Source of the DNA: a virus
DNA: 64,000 bases
Direction: 5' to 3' (one strand)
IMG/VR virus record: IMGVR_UViG_3300025701_000007
Coordinates: 11,694-75,693 of that record
Shown: positions 1 to 10,192 of the stretch, in pieces
Layout: each line of letters starts with the position of its first letter
Numbering within the stretch: the stretch's first letter is position 1
Notes under the pieces: model-generated
What the model was told of the DNA's origin: nothing
Seen by the model: only the letters and a program-made list of their open reading frames with translations
The model's database searches: none
Translations under genes and position numbers: made by a program

Positions 1-138
1 CCCACAGCCAATAAAATAGTACTAAATAAATTATTGACTAGCGCGAAAAATAGATCACAACAAACAGGTTTTACTGATAGAAACGATAGGACGCCTATAC
101 AAAGTAGTGGTATAATTTACTCAGATAGAGGTATATAA
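1..138 (+). CDS. 3' end of an unknown CDS, truncated by the window edge
   Basis: Frame 1 is open from base 1 (PTANKIVLNK...SDRGI) to TAA at 136-138, 12 nt before the next ATG. Confidence 0.6.
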   Translation, partial: PTANKIVLNKLLTSAKNRSQQTGFTDRNDRTPIQSSGIIYSDRGI

Positions 139-150
139 AATATATATAAA

Positions 151-2760
151 ATGGCAGAAGAAACAAAAGACCCTTTCGGTACCATATACCAGGGAGTTGA
201 TACAGAGATAAATCCAGACCAAGAAGGTAAATACGTAACGTATAGAGGTAGTTGGATTATAACGGCATACATTAATTTAATGATAGGTCTTGATCATAGT
301 GATACACTTAAAATAAAAACATTAATATCGTATCTACATAATAATGCTTGCGCTTTAAATAACGTAAGCGGATGGGACCTACAAAAATCGGCACCATATT
401 TTATAGATGTTGTTACAATAGATTTATATAAAAAACTAGGTTACGGTGAAGCCAGTTCTGGAGAAAAATTATTACCATTAAATGAGTTAATAGACGGGTA
501 TTACATACCCAGCTGTAAAGCAGAAGAGATGCTTTTAGAATCGTACAGAGTAGGTAGCGAACCAGATGAATTAATAAAATATTTAACACCGACAGAAGAA
601 GAATTCTACAGACCTAAAACAACACTTTTTACTGACCAAACAGGTAATAATCTACCAGCTAAAGATGCGTCCACACCTAAAATATCTTTTCCTGGTGAAT
701 TGAGCGTTACTTATGAGGAGTATAAAAATGAGTTCACTAAAACTAATATGTTTGTTAGTGATAAAACACCCAACGATTCTAGATTTGGTCAACTACTTAC
801 TATACACTCATTAACAAACAAGTGGTTTGCTCAGCAATCGAGTGGTTTAGATACAATAAAAACACCCGAAAAGTTAGACGGTAAAGTTATAGACAACAAA
901 GTATACGAAGGACCATTTATACCATTTGGTGATCAGGGTGATACTAGACTAGCTACCTTCCAAGAAGCCTTAACCTCTGGGGTAGCAACATTTACAGCAC
1001 TCCAAAAAACAGAATTATCTGTAAGCGAGGAGGTTACAATTAAAGTTGTTTTTGACAGAGAAGTCCTAGTAGATGATAATTTAGTTATAACCGCTAAGAC
1101 ACAATTTATTACCCCCATCAATAAGATTCAGATTATAAACAGTGTTACTAAAAAATCGAGTTTATATATCAAGATACAAAATAACACTAGCACGGTACTT
1201 AAAATTAGTGATATAAAGGTTACTTCGGTAACAGAGGGTTTTTTGGAAGTAAATCCCATAACTACTGAAATAGATAATACCTATGTAGCACCAATAAACT
1301 ATACTATACCGAATGAAACGGAAAATTATACTATACCCACCGAAACAGAGAACTCTAATTATAACCCTCCAGTAAACAACACGATAGAAAGTAGTGTACC
1401 ACCAGAACCCAGCATCATAGGTCATCCAGAAGGTACTAGCTTCGATTTAAGTTTAGCTAGATCAAAAAATCTAACTCTTAATGGTACTAAACACACGATA
1501 ACATCTTTAGGTGGTATAGGTAAAACCAGTACACATGCATTTTATTATATGCTACCTACAGATCAAATAACTGGTAGTACACTTCAAATAAGTTCTCATG
1601 GTTTTATATCAGAAGAAAACTATGGTAAAGATAACGGTAAACCAGAAGAGGATACATTATATGATTGGACCGTAAGAAATGAAAGTGGTCAAAATGACCT
1701 TAAAAACATATATATACCACCTGCAAGAACTCAGAACTTATCATCTTCTGGTGAAATAAGTATGGGTAGAAGTATGTCTATACCCGTTAGGGCTGGTGAG
1801 CAAATAGGTGAAGTTGGTAACACTGGAGTTAGTACTGGACCTCATTTACATTTTGAACTATCCAACCAAAGCGCCGATACTTACGGTAAAGCGGTTAATT
1901 TAGACACAGTTGACCCAGAACCCTATTTTGATAACGGAAAAGGTGATGGGTTCGTAAACCCTCTCCCAGCAAAAAATATGAATGTGACCAATGGATTTGG
2001 TCCCAGAAATTTAAGTAATAAAGATGCTTCAAAACAACATGAAGGAGTAGATTTAGGTGCACCTATAGGGACACCAATATTTGCCGTTTATGATGGGGTA
2101 ATAACAACAAGAACCGTAGGTAAGGGTTACGGAAATGTTACTGTAGTAAAACACAATAACGGAAAAACCACGGTATACGGACACCTAAGTGCTTTCACTG
2201 CTGTTGAATCAGAGTGGTATGATAATAAATCGGAAACAGAATCATCCTCTAACGTTGTTTATAGAACAGGAGAAAGAATTAGTAACTCTGAGGAGGTTAA
2301 AAAAGGTGCTGGAATAGCGAATAAGTTAATGATTGACCTAGGGTTAACAAACTTTCAAGCGGCAGGTATAGTCGGTAATATAAGAGCAGAAAGTTCTATA
2401 ACACCTAACAGAATACAAGGTAGCGGTTTCCGTGTTGGTAAATTAACTATAAACGGTAAGACTGGTTATGGTTACGCCCAATGGACATCTAAAGGTAGAC
2501 AAGAAAACTTAGCTAACTTTGCTAAAACCAAAGGGGTTGATTATAAAAATTCGGAATTAACTGATGACATAAACTACGGGTTCTTAAAAGAAGAATTAAA
2601 TGGTCGATACAATAACGCTCTTAAAAACTTGAAAGCTACTACCGACGTAAGGCAAGCCACTGATACTATATTAAAACAATACGAAAAACCAGCGGATAAG
2701 AGTGAAACCGCTTTAGACAAGAGAACTAATTACGCTAAAGAGGTTATGGATGCGATGTAG
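151..2760 (+). CDS. Virion-associated muralytic protein: circularly permuted M23 peptidase plus C-terminal phage tail lysozyme (Phage_lysozyme2-like)
   Basis: STGPHLHFE, HEGVD and YGHLS M23 motifs; QAAGIVGNIRAES, GYGYAQWT and YEKP tail-lysozyme motifs. Confidence 0.85.
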   Translation: MAEETKDPFGTIYQGVDTEINPDQEGKYVTYRGSWIITAYINLMIGLDHSDTLKIKTLISYLHNNACALNNVSGWDLQKSAPYFIDVVTIDLYKKLGYGEASSGEKLLPLNELIDGYYIPSCKAEEMLLESYRVGSEPDELIKYLTPTEEEFYRPKTTLFTDQTGNNLPAKDASTPKISFPGELSVTYEEYKNEFTKTNMFVSDKTPNDSRFGQLLTIHSLTNKWFAQQSSGLDTIKTPEKLDGKVIDNKVYEGPFIPFGDQGDTRLATFQEALTSGVATFTALQKTELSVSEEVTIKVVFDREVLVDDNLVITAKTQFITPINKIQIINSVTKKSSLYIKIQNNTSTVLKISDIKVTSVTEGFLEVNPITTEIDNTYVAPINYTIPNETENYTIPTETENSNYNPPVNNTIESSVPPEPSIIGHPEGTSFDLSLARSKNLTLNGTKHTITSLGGIGKTSTHAFYYMLPTDQITGSTLQISSHGFISEENYGKDNGKPEEDTLYDWTVRNESGQNDLKNIYIPPARTQNLSSSGEISMGRSMSIPVRAGEQIGEVGNTGVSTGPHLHFELSNQSADTYGKAVNLDTVDPEPYFDNGKGDGFVNPLPAKNMNVTNGFGPRNLSNKDASKQHEGVDLGAPIGTPIFAVYDGVITTRTVGKGYGNVTVVKHNNGKTTVYGHLSAFTAVESEWYDNKSETESSSNVVYRTGERISNSEEVKKGAGIANKLMIDLGLTNFQAAGIVGNIRAESSITPNRIQGSGFRVGKLTINGKTGYGYAQWTSKGRQENLANFAKTKGVDYKNSELTDDINYGFLKEELNGRYNNALKNLKATTDVRQATDTILKQYEKPADKSETALDKRTNYAKEVMDAM

Positions 2761-2810
2761 GGTATTTCTCTATAATTCATAAACCTATAAACTTTTAATA
2801 AAAAATTAAG

Positions 2811-2818
2811 TATTTATA
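2811..2818 (+). promoter_or_regulatory. Putative late promoter motif TATTTATA
   Basis: Intergenic, 14 nt before ATG 2833; the same motif recurs before other structural operons. Confidence 0.6.
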
Positions 2819-2832
2819 ATAAAATAGCTAAT

Positions 2833-3054
2833 ATGAACAACATTAACAACGGTTTAGATAAATTTTTAGGTAAACAGAATAACGCACAACTAGGTGAGGA
2901 AGTTTGTGACCTAAATGGGGTTTGTTACATTAAAACAAAAGATGGTTTAATAGAAAAGACCTTGATAGAAAAAAAATTAGTATTAGAGGATGGTAGGGAA
3001 CTACTTAGAGAAGAAACTCCTATAAGTAACTCAAATAAAAGATTTTTAAGATGA
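2833..3054 (+). CDS. Hypothetical protein, 73 aa, CxxxxC motif (VCDLNGVC)
   Basis: ORF track; ATGA overlap with the next gene. Confidence 0.7.
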   Translation: MNNINNGLDKFLGKQNNAQLGEEVCDLNGVCYIKTKDGLIEKTLIEKKLVLEDGRELLREETPISNSNKRFLR

Positions 3055-3758
3055 ACATAAATAAGAAAAATATATTATCAGAAGAAATTTCTAGGTTTAA
3101 CGATATACTATCATATACCTTAGAAGAAGGTAATCACTATAAATTCTATGAAGCTGAAGAAAACGAAGTGGTTGAAGAACCAGAAGAATCAGCTGAAGAG
3201 GAATTGGTTGATGATACTGAATTAGATACAGAACCAGCTGAAGAAGAGTTAGTGGACGATGCTGAAGGTTTAGAAGAACCAGAAGGTGATGTTGAAGCTA
3301 CCACCAATGATGAGGGTGATATAGAGATAGATGTTACTGAATTAGTTAACTCAACCAAAGAGATGAACACTAAGACAGATGACGTTGTTAGTAAGATAAC
3401 AGATACAGCATCTAAAATAGAATCTATGATATCCAGAGTTGATGGAGTCGAGAAGAGCTTGAATAAGATGGATTCATTAATCCAACAAATGCAGAGTTTA
3501 ACTAAACAAGTTGAATTAATGAGACCTCATACAGAAGAAGAAAGAAGAAAAGTTTTAGCAAAAGACTCTTACCCTTTTAGCGTCACTCAAGATGAGTACC
3601 TAGAAAATATGGGGCCAAAAACTCAAACCGATCTAGAAGGTAGACCAGATAAATTATCTATGATGGATAATTTAGTTAACGACTATAATGAGGTTGATAT
3701 TAAACACAGCTTCTATAACGTTGAAGATAAAGAAGAAAGAAAGATAAGTAATTATTGA
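3051..3758 (+). CDS. Acidic coiled-coil protein, possible head-internal or scaffold-like protein
   Basis: N-terminal ILSEEISRFNDILSY motif, Glu-rich linker, heptad region. Confidence 0.6.
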   Translation: MNINKKNILSEEISRFNDILSYTLEEGNHYKFYEAEENEVVEEPEESAEEELVDDTELDTEPAEEELVDDAEGLEEPEGDVEATTNDEGDIEIDVTELVNSTKEMNTKTDDVVSKITDTASKIESMISRVDGVEKSLNKMDSLIQQMQSLTKQVELMRPHTEEERRKVLAKDSYPFSVTQDEYLENMGPKTQTDLEGRPDKLSMMDNLVNDYNEVDIKHSFYNVEDKEERKISNY

Positions 3759-3759
3759 T

Positions 3760-4062
3760 ATGAGAAATAACGGAATACAACAGGAAATAGTAACTGAATA
3801 CATAACAACTGGCGATGCGGCCTTAGTGGAAGTGGATAACTCAGAGTATAATATAAGATACTTCTCTATACTACCTTGTGGCCATATCAACGATACGGTA
3901 ACGGTTACGTTAAACGGTATGAGTGATATCGTACTATCAATGATTGGTAAAACAGAATTACCTATAAAATCTATAGAAGTTACATCCGTACAGGATGGTG
4001 GTGCTGGTGTTAAAAAAGGTTTGATGGTATATGGACTAAAAGTTTATAAGACCATCTTTTAA
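3760..4062 (+). CDS. Hypothetical protein, 100 aa
   Basis: ORF track; 1 nt after the previous stop and followed by a terminator. Confidence 0.7.
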   Translation: MRNNGIQQEIVTEYITTGDAALVEVDNSEYNIRYFSILPCGHINDTVTVTLNGMSDIVLSMIGKTELPIKSIEVTSVQDGGAGVKKGLMVYGLKVYKTIF

Positions 4063-4083
4063 ACTAAAGAAATTAAGACTTAG

Positions 4084-4111
4084 AAACCTCTGTATACGCA
4101 GGGGTTTTTTT
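4084..4111 (+). terminator. Rho-independent terminator
   Basis: AAACCTCTG-TATACG-CAGGGGTTT stem followed by a T run. Confidence 0.8.
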
Positions 4112-4138
4112 ATTTTTATTCATTTTTTATTACACTTG

Positions 4139-4170
4139 CTTGTTTATAGATATTTTTTTTACTAGGTTTG
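4139..4170 (+). promoter_or_regulatory. Bacteroidota sigmaA-type promoter (-33/-7)
   Basis: CTTG-N20-TAGGTTTG upstream of the SSB gene; consensus is TTTG-N19-21-TAnnTTTG. Confidence 0.7.
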
Positions 4171-4195
4171 TACTATAATTTTAAAAAATATAAAT

Positions 4196-5149
4196 ATGAT
4201 TGATTACAAAAAGATTGATTGGAGCAAGGCCGCAACAGACACTCTGGCCGATTACGAACAAGCAAAGGCAAAAGCAGCCACAAACTCACAAAAGCGCACT
4301 GGCGTTGATTTAACTAAGTATTTCAATATAATGCTTAAAGATGGTGAAAACCAAGGAGAAAAGTCTATTAGGATTCTACCTAACCAAGACGATCCAACTA
4401 AATGGTATAAAGTTGGTTATTTCCACAACGTAAAAATTGGTAGTAGATATACTAAACTATACGATCCAGCTCAAGACAACGAACCTTCACCGTTAAACGA
4501 GGCTTACAAATACCTTATGAATACTGGTGATAGTGACGACAGAAAAACAGCTAACAGCTATAGATCTAGACAATACTTTATTGTACGTTGTATTGAAAGA
4601 GGTAAAGAACATGAAGGTGTTAAATTCTGGAGATTCCCAGCAGTACAAGACGGTTCAGGTATCATGGATAAAATCGCACCACTAGTTAAAAAATACGGAG
4701 CTTTCTGGAATCCATTCGAGGGTTATGATCTTACTATCTCTATCATTAGAGACAAGTCTGGACCTAACAAAGCTGGTTACAGTAAAGCGGCTTCTATTAT
4801 TCCAGACAGAGAATCTAAATTGTTTGAAGATGAAAATCAAGCAATTCAAACGCTAGAAGACCCTATGGTATGGACTGATGTGTTCAGAAAAAAACCACAA
4901 GACTACTTATTATTGGTTGCTGAAGGTTTAGAACCTATGTGGGATGCTGAGGCTAAGAAATTCGTTGGCAAAGTTGAAGATGGTATTACTACTTATAGTA
5001 ATGAAAAACCAGCAGAAAGAACTAATTACGAAACTCCGACACAGAGTAATACGGCTAGTGAGACAACAACTACATCTGAAGATACTGCTACAGCTCCACA
5101 ACAACCAGAAGCTACGACAGAACTAAAGATTGACGACTTACCTTTTTAA
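4196..5149 (+). CDS. Single-stranded DNA-binding protein, T4 gp32-like
   Basis: IRILP, FHNVK, GVKFWRF and GYDLTI pattern; acidic tail ending DDLPF; first gene of the replication operon. Confidence 0.75.
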   Translation: MIDYKKIDWSKAATDTLADYEQAKAKAATNSQKRTGVDLTKYFNIMLKDGENQGEKSIRILPNQDDPTKWYKVGYFHNVKIGSRYTKLYDPAQDNEPSPLNEAYKYLMNTGDSDDRKTANSYRSRQYFIVRCIERGKEHEGVKFWRFPAVQDGSGIMDKIAPLVKKYGAFWNPFEGYDLTISIIRDKSGPNKAGYSKAASIIPDRESKLFEDENQAIQTLEDPMVWTDVFRKKPQDYLLLVAEGLEPMWDAEAKKFVGKVEDGITTYSNEKPAERTNYETPTQSNTASETTTTSEDTATAPQQPEATTELKIDDLPF

Positions 5150-5166
5150 TAGGTTATAATATATAT

Positions 5167-5219
5167 TGTGTGAGTGTTATATAGTTTATTATAACTTATA
5201 CACTCACACATTTTTTTTT
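5167..5219 (+). terminator. Long hairpin plus T run (terminator or attenuator between ssb and recA)
   Basis: TGTGTGAGTG...CACTCACACA 10-bp outer stem, further inner pairing, then T9. Confidence 0.7.
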
Positions 5220-5241
5220 AATTAAATAAATAAATAAAAAC

Positions 5242-6231
5242 ATGGCAGTAAAAAAAAAGGAATTCTCATTTGACGATATTAAGAAGAAATATAGTTCGTC
5301 GACAAATTATAAACCAGACGTATTCTTAAATTGTGGACCAACATTTTTAGAAATGACTGGTGTACCTGGACCAGCCACTGGACACATAAATATGTTCCTA
5401 GGTCATTCAGATACTGGTAAAACCACAGCTCTAATTCTAGCAGCTATAGATGCTCAAAAGAAAGGTGCTGTACCAGTATTCTTAATTACAGAAAAGAAAT
5501 GGGATTTTAATCACGCTAAACTAATGGGTTTAGATTGTGAACAAGATCCAGAGACTGGTGAATGGGGTGGTAGATTCTTCTATAGAGATGATTTTTTCTA
5601 TGTAGAACAAATAACGGACTACATGAATAAGTTATTAGACGACCAAGCTAAAGGTGAACTACCTTTTGACTTAGTTTTCTTCTGGGATTCAGTAGGTTCT
5701 GTACCTTGTCAGATGACATTCGAAGGGAAAGGCGGTAAACAACACACAGCTGGAGTATTAGCAGATAAAATCGGTATGGGTTTAAACCAAAGGATTAATA
5801 GTACAAGGAAAGAAACTTCTGAATATACTAATACTTTGGTAATTATAAACCAACCATGGGTAGAGAGACCCGATAACCCATTTGGTCAACCCAGAATAAA
5901 AGCTAAGGGTGGTGAAGCGGTATGGTTAAACTCTACCATAATATTCTTATTCGGTAATCAGAAAAACGCTGGTACTAGTAAAATAGATGCTACTAAGAAC
6001 GGTCGTAAGGTTAGGTTCGCTACTAGAACCAAAATAGGTGTAACTAAGAATCACGTAAACGGGTTAGGTTATAGTGATGGTAAAATAATCGCCACACCTC
6101 ATGGCTTCATTATGGATTCAAAAGACGCTATTGCTGAGTATAAGAAAGAATATTCCGAATACTGGGTTAATACATTAGGTTCTGATGATTATGATATTCA
6201 CATTAATGAACCTGAGGAAGATGAAGATTAA
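5242..6231 (+). CDS. recA: RecA/UvsX-like recombinase
   Basis: Walker A GHSDTGKTT, Walker B FFWDSVG, LVIINQ, KAKGGEA and TKNH motifs. Confidence 0.9.
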   Translation: MAVKKKEFSFDDIKKKYSSSTNYKPDVFLNCGPTFLEMTGVPGPATGHINMFLGHSDTGKTTALILAAIDAQKKGAVPVFLITEKKWDFNHAKLMGLDCEQDPETGEWGGRFFYRDDFFYVEQITDYMNKLLDDQAKGELPFDLVFFWDSVGSVPCQMTFEGKGGKQHTAGVLADKIGMGLNQRINSTRKETSEYTNTLVIINQPWVERPDNPFGQPRIKAKGGEAVWLNSTIIFLFGNQKNAGTSKIDATKNGRKVRFATRTKIGVTKNHVNGLGYSDGKIIATPHGFIMDSKDAIAEYKKEYSEYWVNTLGSDDYDIHINEPEEDED

Positions 6232-7273
6232 TAAACCAGTTAGAAACAGACGTACCACCATCAATTCATTACTTATTGATGGTGAGTACTTATTAAAACA
6301 AGGATTTCACGGGGCTAAACACACTCAAGGTAAACACGGTAGTGTTGGTGCTATATATCATTTCATAAATACCATAAAAAGGTTTTACCAAGACTACGCT
6401 ATAACTAAAGTAGTCGTATTCTGGGAAGGTGAGAATTCTAAAGATTATAGAAAAGGTTTCTACCCTTACTATAAGATGAATAGAAATGATAAATACGATG
6501 ATGGTGAAAGACATGACCTAGACAGACAGAGGATAAGGATAAAACAATACTTAGAAGAGTTATCTATACGACAAGTAGAAGTTAGTGGTTGTGAAGCTGA
6601 TGATGGGATAGCTTATTATTCAATGAACTCCCCTAACGAAGATAAAGTCATATACACTAATGATAGAGATTTACTACAACTACTTGACGACAAAACAAAG
6701 GTTCAGTTAACCATAAGCAAAGCTAGAGTTATGATAAATAAGGATAATTTTAAGTCTTATTTTGACTACCACCACACTAATGTGGGTATCATAAAAATGA
6801 TTGCTGGTGATTCTAGTGATAATATATCTGGTGTTAAAAATATTGGTGAAAAAAAGGTATTAAAGTACTTTCCAGAGATAAAAAACAGAACTGTTGATTA
6901 CGATTGGGTCATTAATAGAACAAAAGAGTTATTAGTCGAAAAACCTAACGACAATGGTTTAAAGGCTATTTTAAATGGTGAGACTAAATGGGGTACTTAT
7001 GGGAATGATTATTTTTCGGTTATGAATAAGATTATAAACCTAAAAGAACCCAATATAACTGAAGAATTAAAATCATCGGTTAAAGAGATGGTTGATGAAA
7101 CTTTATCACCAGAAGGTAGAGGGGGTATAAAGAAAGTGATGGAAATGATGAAAGAAGATGAATTATTAAACTTTTTACCTAAAAATGATGACAATTTTTT
7201 TGTTTTCTGGTCTAGTTTTATTACTATTATAAAAAAGGAAGAAAATGCATACAACACAACAAAAAAAATCTAA
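6221..7273 (+). CDS. 5'-3' exonuclease / flap endonuclease (T4 RNase H or PolA N-terminal-like)
   Basis: LLIDG, YKMNR, EADD, NDRDLLQL and GDSSDNISGVKNIGEK motifs; start moved to ATG 6221, which overlaps the recA stop. Confidence 0.9.
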   Translation: MKINKPVRNRRTTINSLLIDGEYLLKQGFHGAKHTQGKHGSVGAIYHFINTIKRFYQDYAITKVVVFWEGENSKDYRKGFYPYYKMNRNDKYDDGERHDLDRQRIRIKQYLEELSIRQVEVSGCEADDGIAYYSMNSPNEDKVIYTNDRDLLQLLDDKTKVQLTISKARVMINKDNFKSYFDYHHTNVGIIKMIAGDSSDNISGVKNIGEKKVLKYFPEIKNRTVDYDWVINRTKELLVEKPNDNGLKAILNGETKWGTYGNDYFSVMNKIINLKEPNITEELKSSVKEMVDETLSPEGRGGIKKVMEMMKEDELLNFLPKNDDNFFVFWSSFITIIKKEENAYNTTKKI

Positions 7274-7277
7274 AAAA

Positions 7278-7742
7278 ATGGATAGAAAAAATGATCAGAG
7301 AAAGTTTGAGTTTACGTTATACTTAAACGATAATATTATTGTGCAAAGGTATTTTAATATCATTGGTTTCAATAAAAGAGCCATAAACTCAATCAACTTC
7401 AAAGAAGCTGTAGATGATAACATGGAGTTAATAAAGGATGTTCTAAAAGAAAGAGCTGTTGATTTCATAAACAAATATCAGTACAGATTTTACGATACCC
7501 CTGGATATGAACAAAACGATTCAGAAGACAAATTAAAAATAGTTGTTAAAAGAGAAGGTAAGGTCATAGCTTATAGAGAATGGGATGCAACCGTATACCC
7601 AGTTAAAATTAGATACACTGTAGATGTAAGAGAGTATATATATGAGCTAATCACTAGAATACAGAAATGTCTATGTACTCAGGACAAATATCTGGAAACA
7701 GAATACATGGGTTACAATTTAGAAATGGATTTAGAACAATAA
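7278..7742 (+). CDS. Hypothetical protein in the replication operon
   Basis: In-frame ATG 7278 after an A-rich leader; lies between exonuclease and helicase. Confidence 0.7.
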   Translation: MDRKNDQRKFEFTLYLNDNIIVQRYFNIIGFNKRAINSINFKEAVDDNMELIKDVLKERAVDFINKYQYRFYDTPGYEQNDSEDKLKIVVKREGKVIAYREWDATVYPVKIRYTVDVREYIYELITRIQKCLCTQDKYLETEYMGYNLEMDLEQ

Positions 7743-7757
7743 AATAAAAATAAAATA

Positions 7758-9149
7758 ATGAATCATACTATAAGTAGTTTCGAAGACCTAGGTAAAGACT
7801 TTCAAATACAATTAATAAATGAGATAATTACAGATCATAAATTTGGTAAATCCATTATAGAGATAATGAAACCAGATTTCTTCCCAGCCGAGGCTTTTAG
7901 AAAGATAATACACATCATAAAGAATTATCATGAAACTGGTGATGTGTTACCTAACTTTAAAAGTTTAGGTATAGCCATTAATGAAGAAATACCACAAGAA
8001 CACGAAGCTTTAAGAGCTCAGCTAACAGATACTTTAAGTGTAATAGAATCGTGTAACATTGGTAATATAAACGTACAGAGTAACGCTATAAAATTCTGTA
8101 GGTTACAATCTATAAGAAATGCTATAAACGAGGTTAAAACCAAGTTAGATAGAGGTATTATATCTGATTACGATGAGATAGAAAAGAAGATAAAAGATGC
8201 TATTACCTTTAGAGACGAAAAAGACCCTATATTACTTTTCGATAACCTAGACAATGTATTATCAGAAGACTTCAGGTTACCAATACCAACTGGTATAAAA
8301 GGTATCGATGATATAACTAAAGGGGGTTTATCCAAAGGGGAGTTAGCTATGGTTATAGCACCATTAGGGGTAGGTAAAACAACTTTTCTAACCAAGGTAG
8401 CTAACACAGGTTTCTTGGAAGGTAAGACAGTGTTACAGATATTTTTTGAAGATAAAGAAGAGGCTATTCAAAGAAAACACTTTTCAGCATTAACTGGTAT
8501 ACCACTAAGTGAACTACACTTGAATAAGGAGTTGATAACGACTAAGGTAAACGCGATTAAATCCGAACACAAAAACGAGTTATATCTACAAAAACTACCA
8601 TCAGATGGTACAACGATCACTAAGATAAAGAATGTGATAAAAAAGATAAACTCAAAAGGTACCAAAGTAGACTTACTAGTTTTAGATTATATCGATTGTT
8701 TATCAATGGATAAAGGTAATTCTGGTTCTGAAGAATGGTCTAACGAGGGTAAGATAATGCGTAAGTTTGAGACCATGGTTGAGGAGATGAACGTAGCCGC
8801 CTGGACCGCAACACAAGGTAATAGAAGTGCTACTAGTGTTGAAGTTGTTAAAACAGAAAACATGGGTGGTAATCTTAAAAAGGCTCAGATAGCTCACTTT
8901 ATAATGAGTATAGGTAAAACTTTGGAACAAAAAGAGCAAAAAGTGGCCACTATATCTATTTTAAAGAACAGAATGGGTGATGATGGTATGATATTCAAGG
9001 ATTGTCTTTTCGATAATTCTACGATCAATATCGACACAGACGACCTATTGACTGAGAACGGATTTGAATCCCAAAAGAAGGCTAAAAAAATGGAGGGATT
9101 AAGAAATTATTTAAACAAAGAAATTACTAATATTTCTAGTGAAATGTAA
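7758..9149 (+). CDS. dnaB: Replicative DnaB/gp41-like helicase
   Basis: Walker [24 protein letters not shown] and KNRMG motifs. Confidence 0.9.
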   Translation: MNHTISSFEDLGKDFQIQLINEIITDHKFGKSIIEIMKPDFFPAEAFRKIIHIIKNYHETGDVLPNFKSLGIAINEEIPQEHEALRAQLTDTLSVIESCNIGNINVQSNAIKFCRLQSIRNAINEVKTKLDRGIISDYDEIEKKIKDAITFRDEKDPILLFDNLDNVLSEDFRLPIPTGIKGIDDITKGGLSKGELAMVIAPLGVGKTTFLTKVANTGFLEGKTVLQIFFEDKEEAIQRKHFSALTGIPLSELHLNKELITTKVNAIKSEHKNELYLQKLPSDGTTITKIKNVIKKINSKGTKVDLLVLDYIDCLSMDKGNSGSEEWSNEGKIMRKFETMVEEMNVAAWTATQGNRSATSVEVVKTENMGGNLKKAQIAHFIMSIGKTLEQKEQKVATISILKNRMGDDGMIFKDCLFDNSTINIDTDDLLTENGFESQKKAKKMEGLRNYLNKEITNISSEM

Positions 9150-9193
9150 AAGTATTAGTATATTTACACATATTTATTTACAAAACAAAAATT

Positions 9194-10144
9194 ATGAAAG
9201 AACCAATTTTAGAAGAGAACCCAAATAGATTCGTTATATTCCCAATAGAACATGACGATATATGGGAATATTACCAACAACACCAAGCAGCGTTCTGGAC
9301 GGCAGAAGAAGTTGATTTATCTAACGACATTAGAGACTGGGAAAGTTTAACCGATAACGAAAGGTACTTCATAAAAAATATATTATCATTCTTTGCATCA
9401 TCTGATGGTATCGTTAATGAAAATTTAGCAGAAAACTTCTTAAAGGAAGTACAATACCCAGAAGCTAAGTTCTTTTACGGTATTCAGATAGCTATGGAGA
9501 ACATACATAGTCTAATGTACTCTCTATTGATTGATACATACATATCTGATTCAAAAGAAAAGATGGACAGCTTCAATGCATTAGAGAAACTACCAGCAGT
9601 ACAAAAGAAAGCTAAATGGGCTTTAGACTGGATAGAAAACGCTTCTTTCCAAGAAAGGTTAGTAGCATTTGCAGCGGTTGAAGGTATATTCTTTTCAGGA
9701 TCATTCGCATCAATATTCTGGTTGAAATCTAGAGGTTTAATGCAGGGACTATGTAACGCTAATACGTTAATCTTTAAGGACGAAAACTTACATTGCGATT
9801 TCGCTATACACTTAAGTAATAAACATGTTGTTAATAAGTTATCAGAAGAAAGAATCAAAGAAATACTATTATCAGCACTAGAAATAGAAAAGGAGTTTAT
9901 CACGGAATCACTACCAGTATCTTTAATTGGTATGAACTCCAATATGATGAAACAGTACCTAGAGTTCGTTACAGATGGTCTTCTATCTAAGTTTGGTTGT
10001 AAGAAAGAGTTTAATGTGGAGCAACCATTTAAATTCATGGAGCAGATAGCGGTTGAAACTAAGGGTAACTTCTTCGAGTCAAGAACCGTAGAATACCAAA
10101 AAGCCAAACTTAACGAAAAACTAAGTTTTACTGACGACTTCTAA
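9194..10144 (+). CDS. nrdB: Class Ia ribonucleotide reductase, small subunit
   Basis: [37 protein letters not shown] and NFFE motifs. Confidence 0.95.
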   Translation: MKEPILEENPNRFVIFPIEHDDIWEYYQQHQAAFWTAEEVDLSNDIRDWESLTDNERYFIKNILSFFASSDGIVNENLAENFLKEVQYPEAKFFYGIQIAMENIHSLMYSLLIDTYISDSKEKMDSFNALEKLPAVQKKAKWALDWIENASFQERLVAFAAVEGIFFSGSFASIFWLKSRGLMQGLCNANTLIFKDENLHCDFAIHLSNKHVVNKLSEERIKEILLSALEIEKEFITESLPVSLIGMNSNMMKQYLEFVTDGLLSKFGCKKEFNVEQPFKFMEQIAVETKGNFFESRTVEYQKAKLNEKLSFTDDF

Positions 10145-10192
10145 ACCAACACCACTAACATTAACAAATAACGAACAATTAATAAAATTTAA

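Noticed and set aside
9484-10107. 207-aa antisense ORF in nrdB and the many other short - strand ORFs
   Set aside because: They lie fully within well-supported + strand genes, as expected from codon bias.
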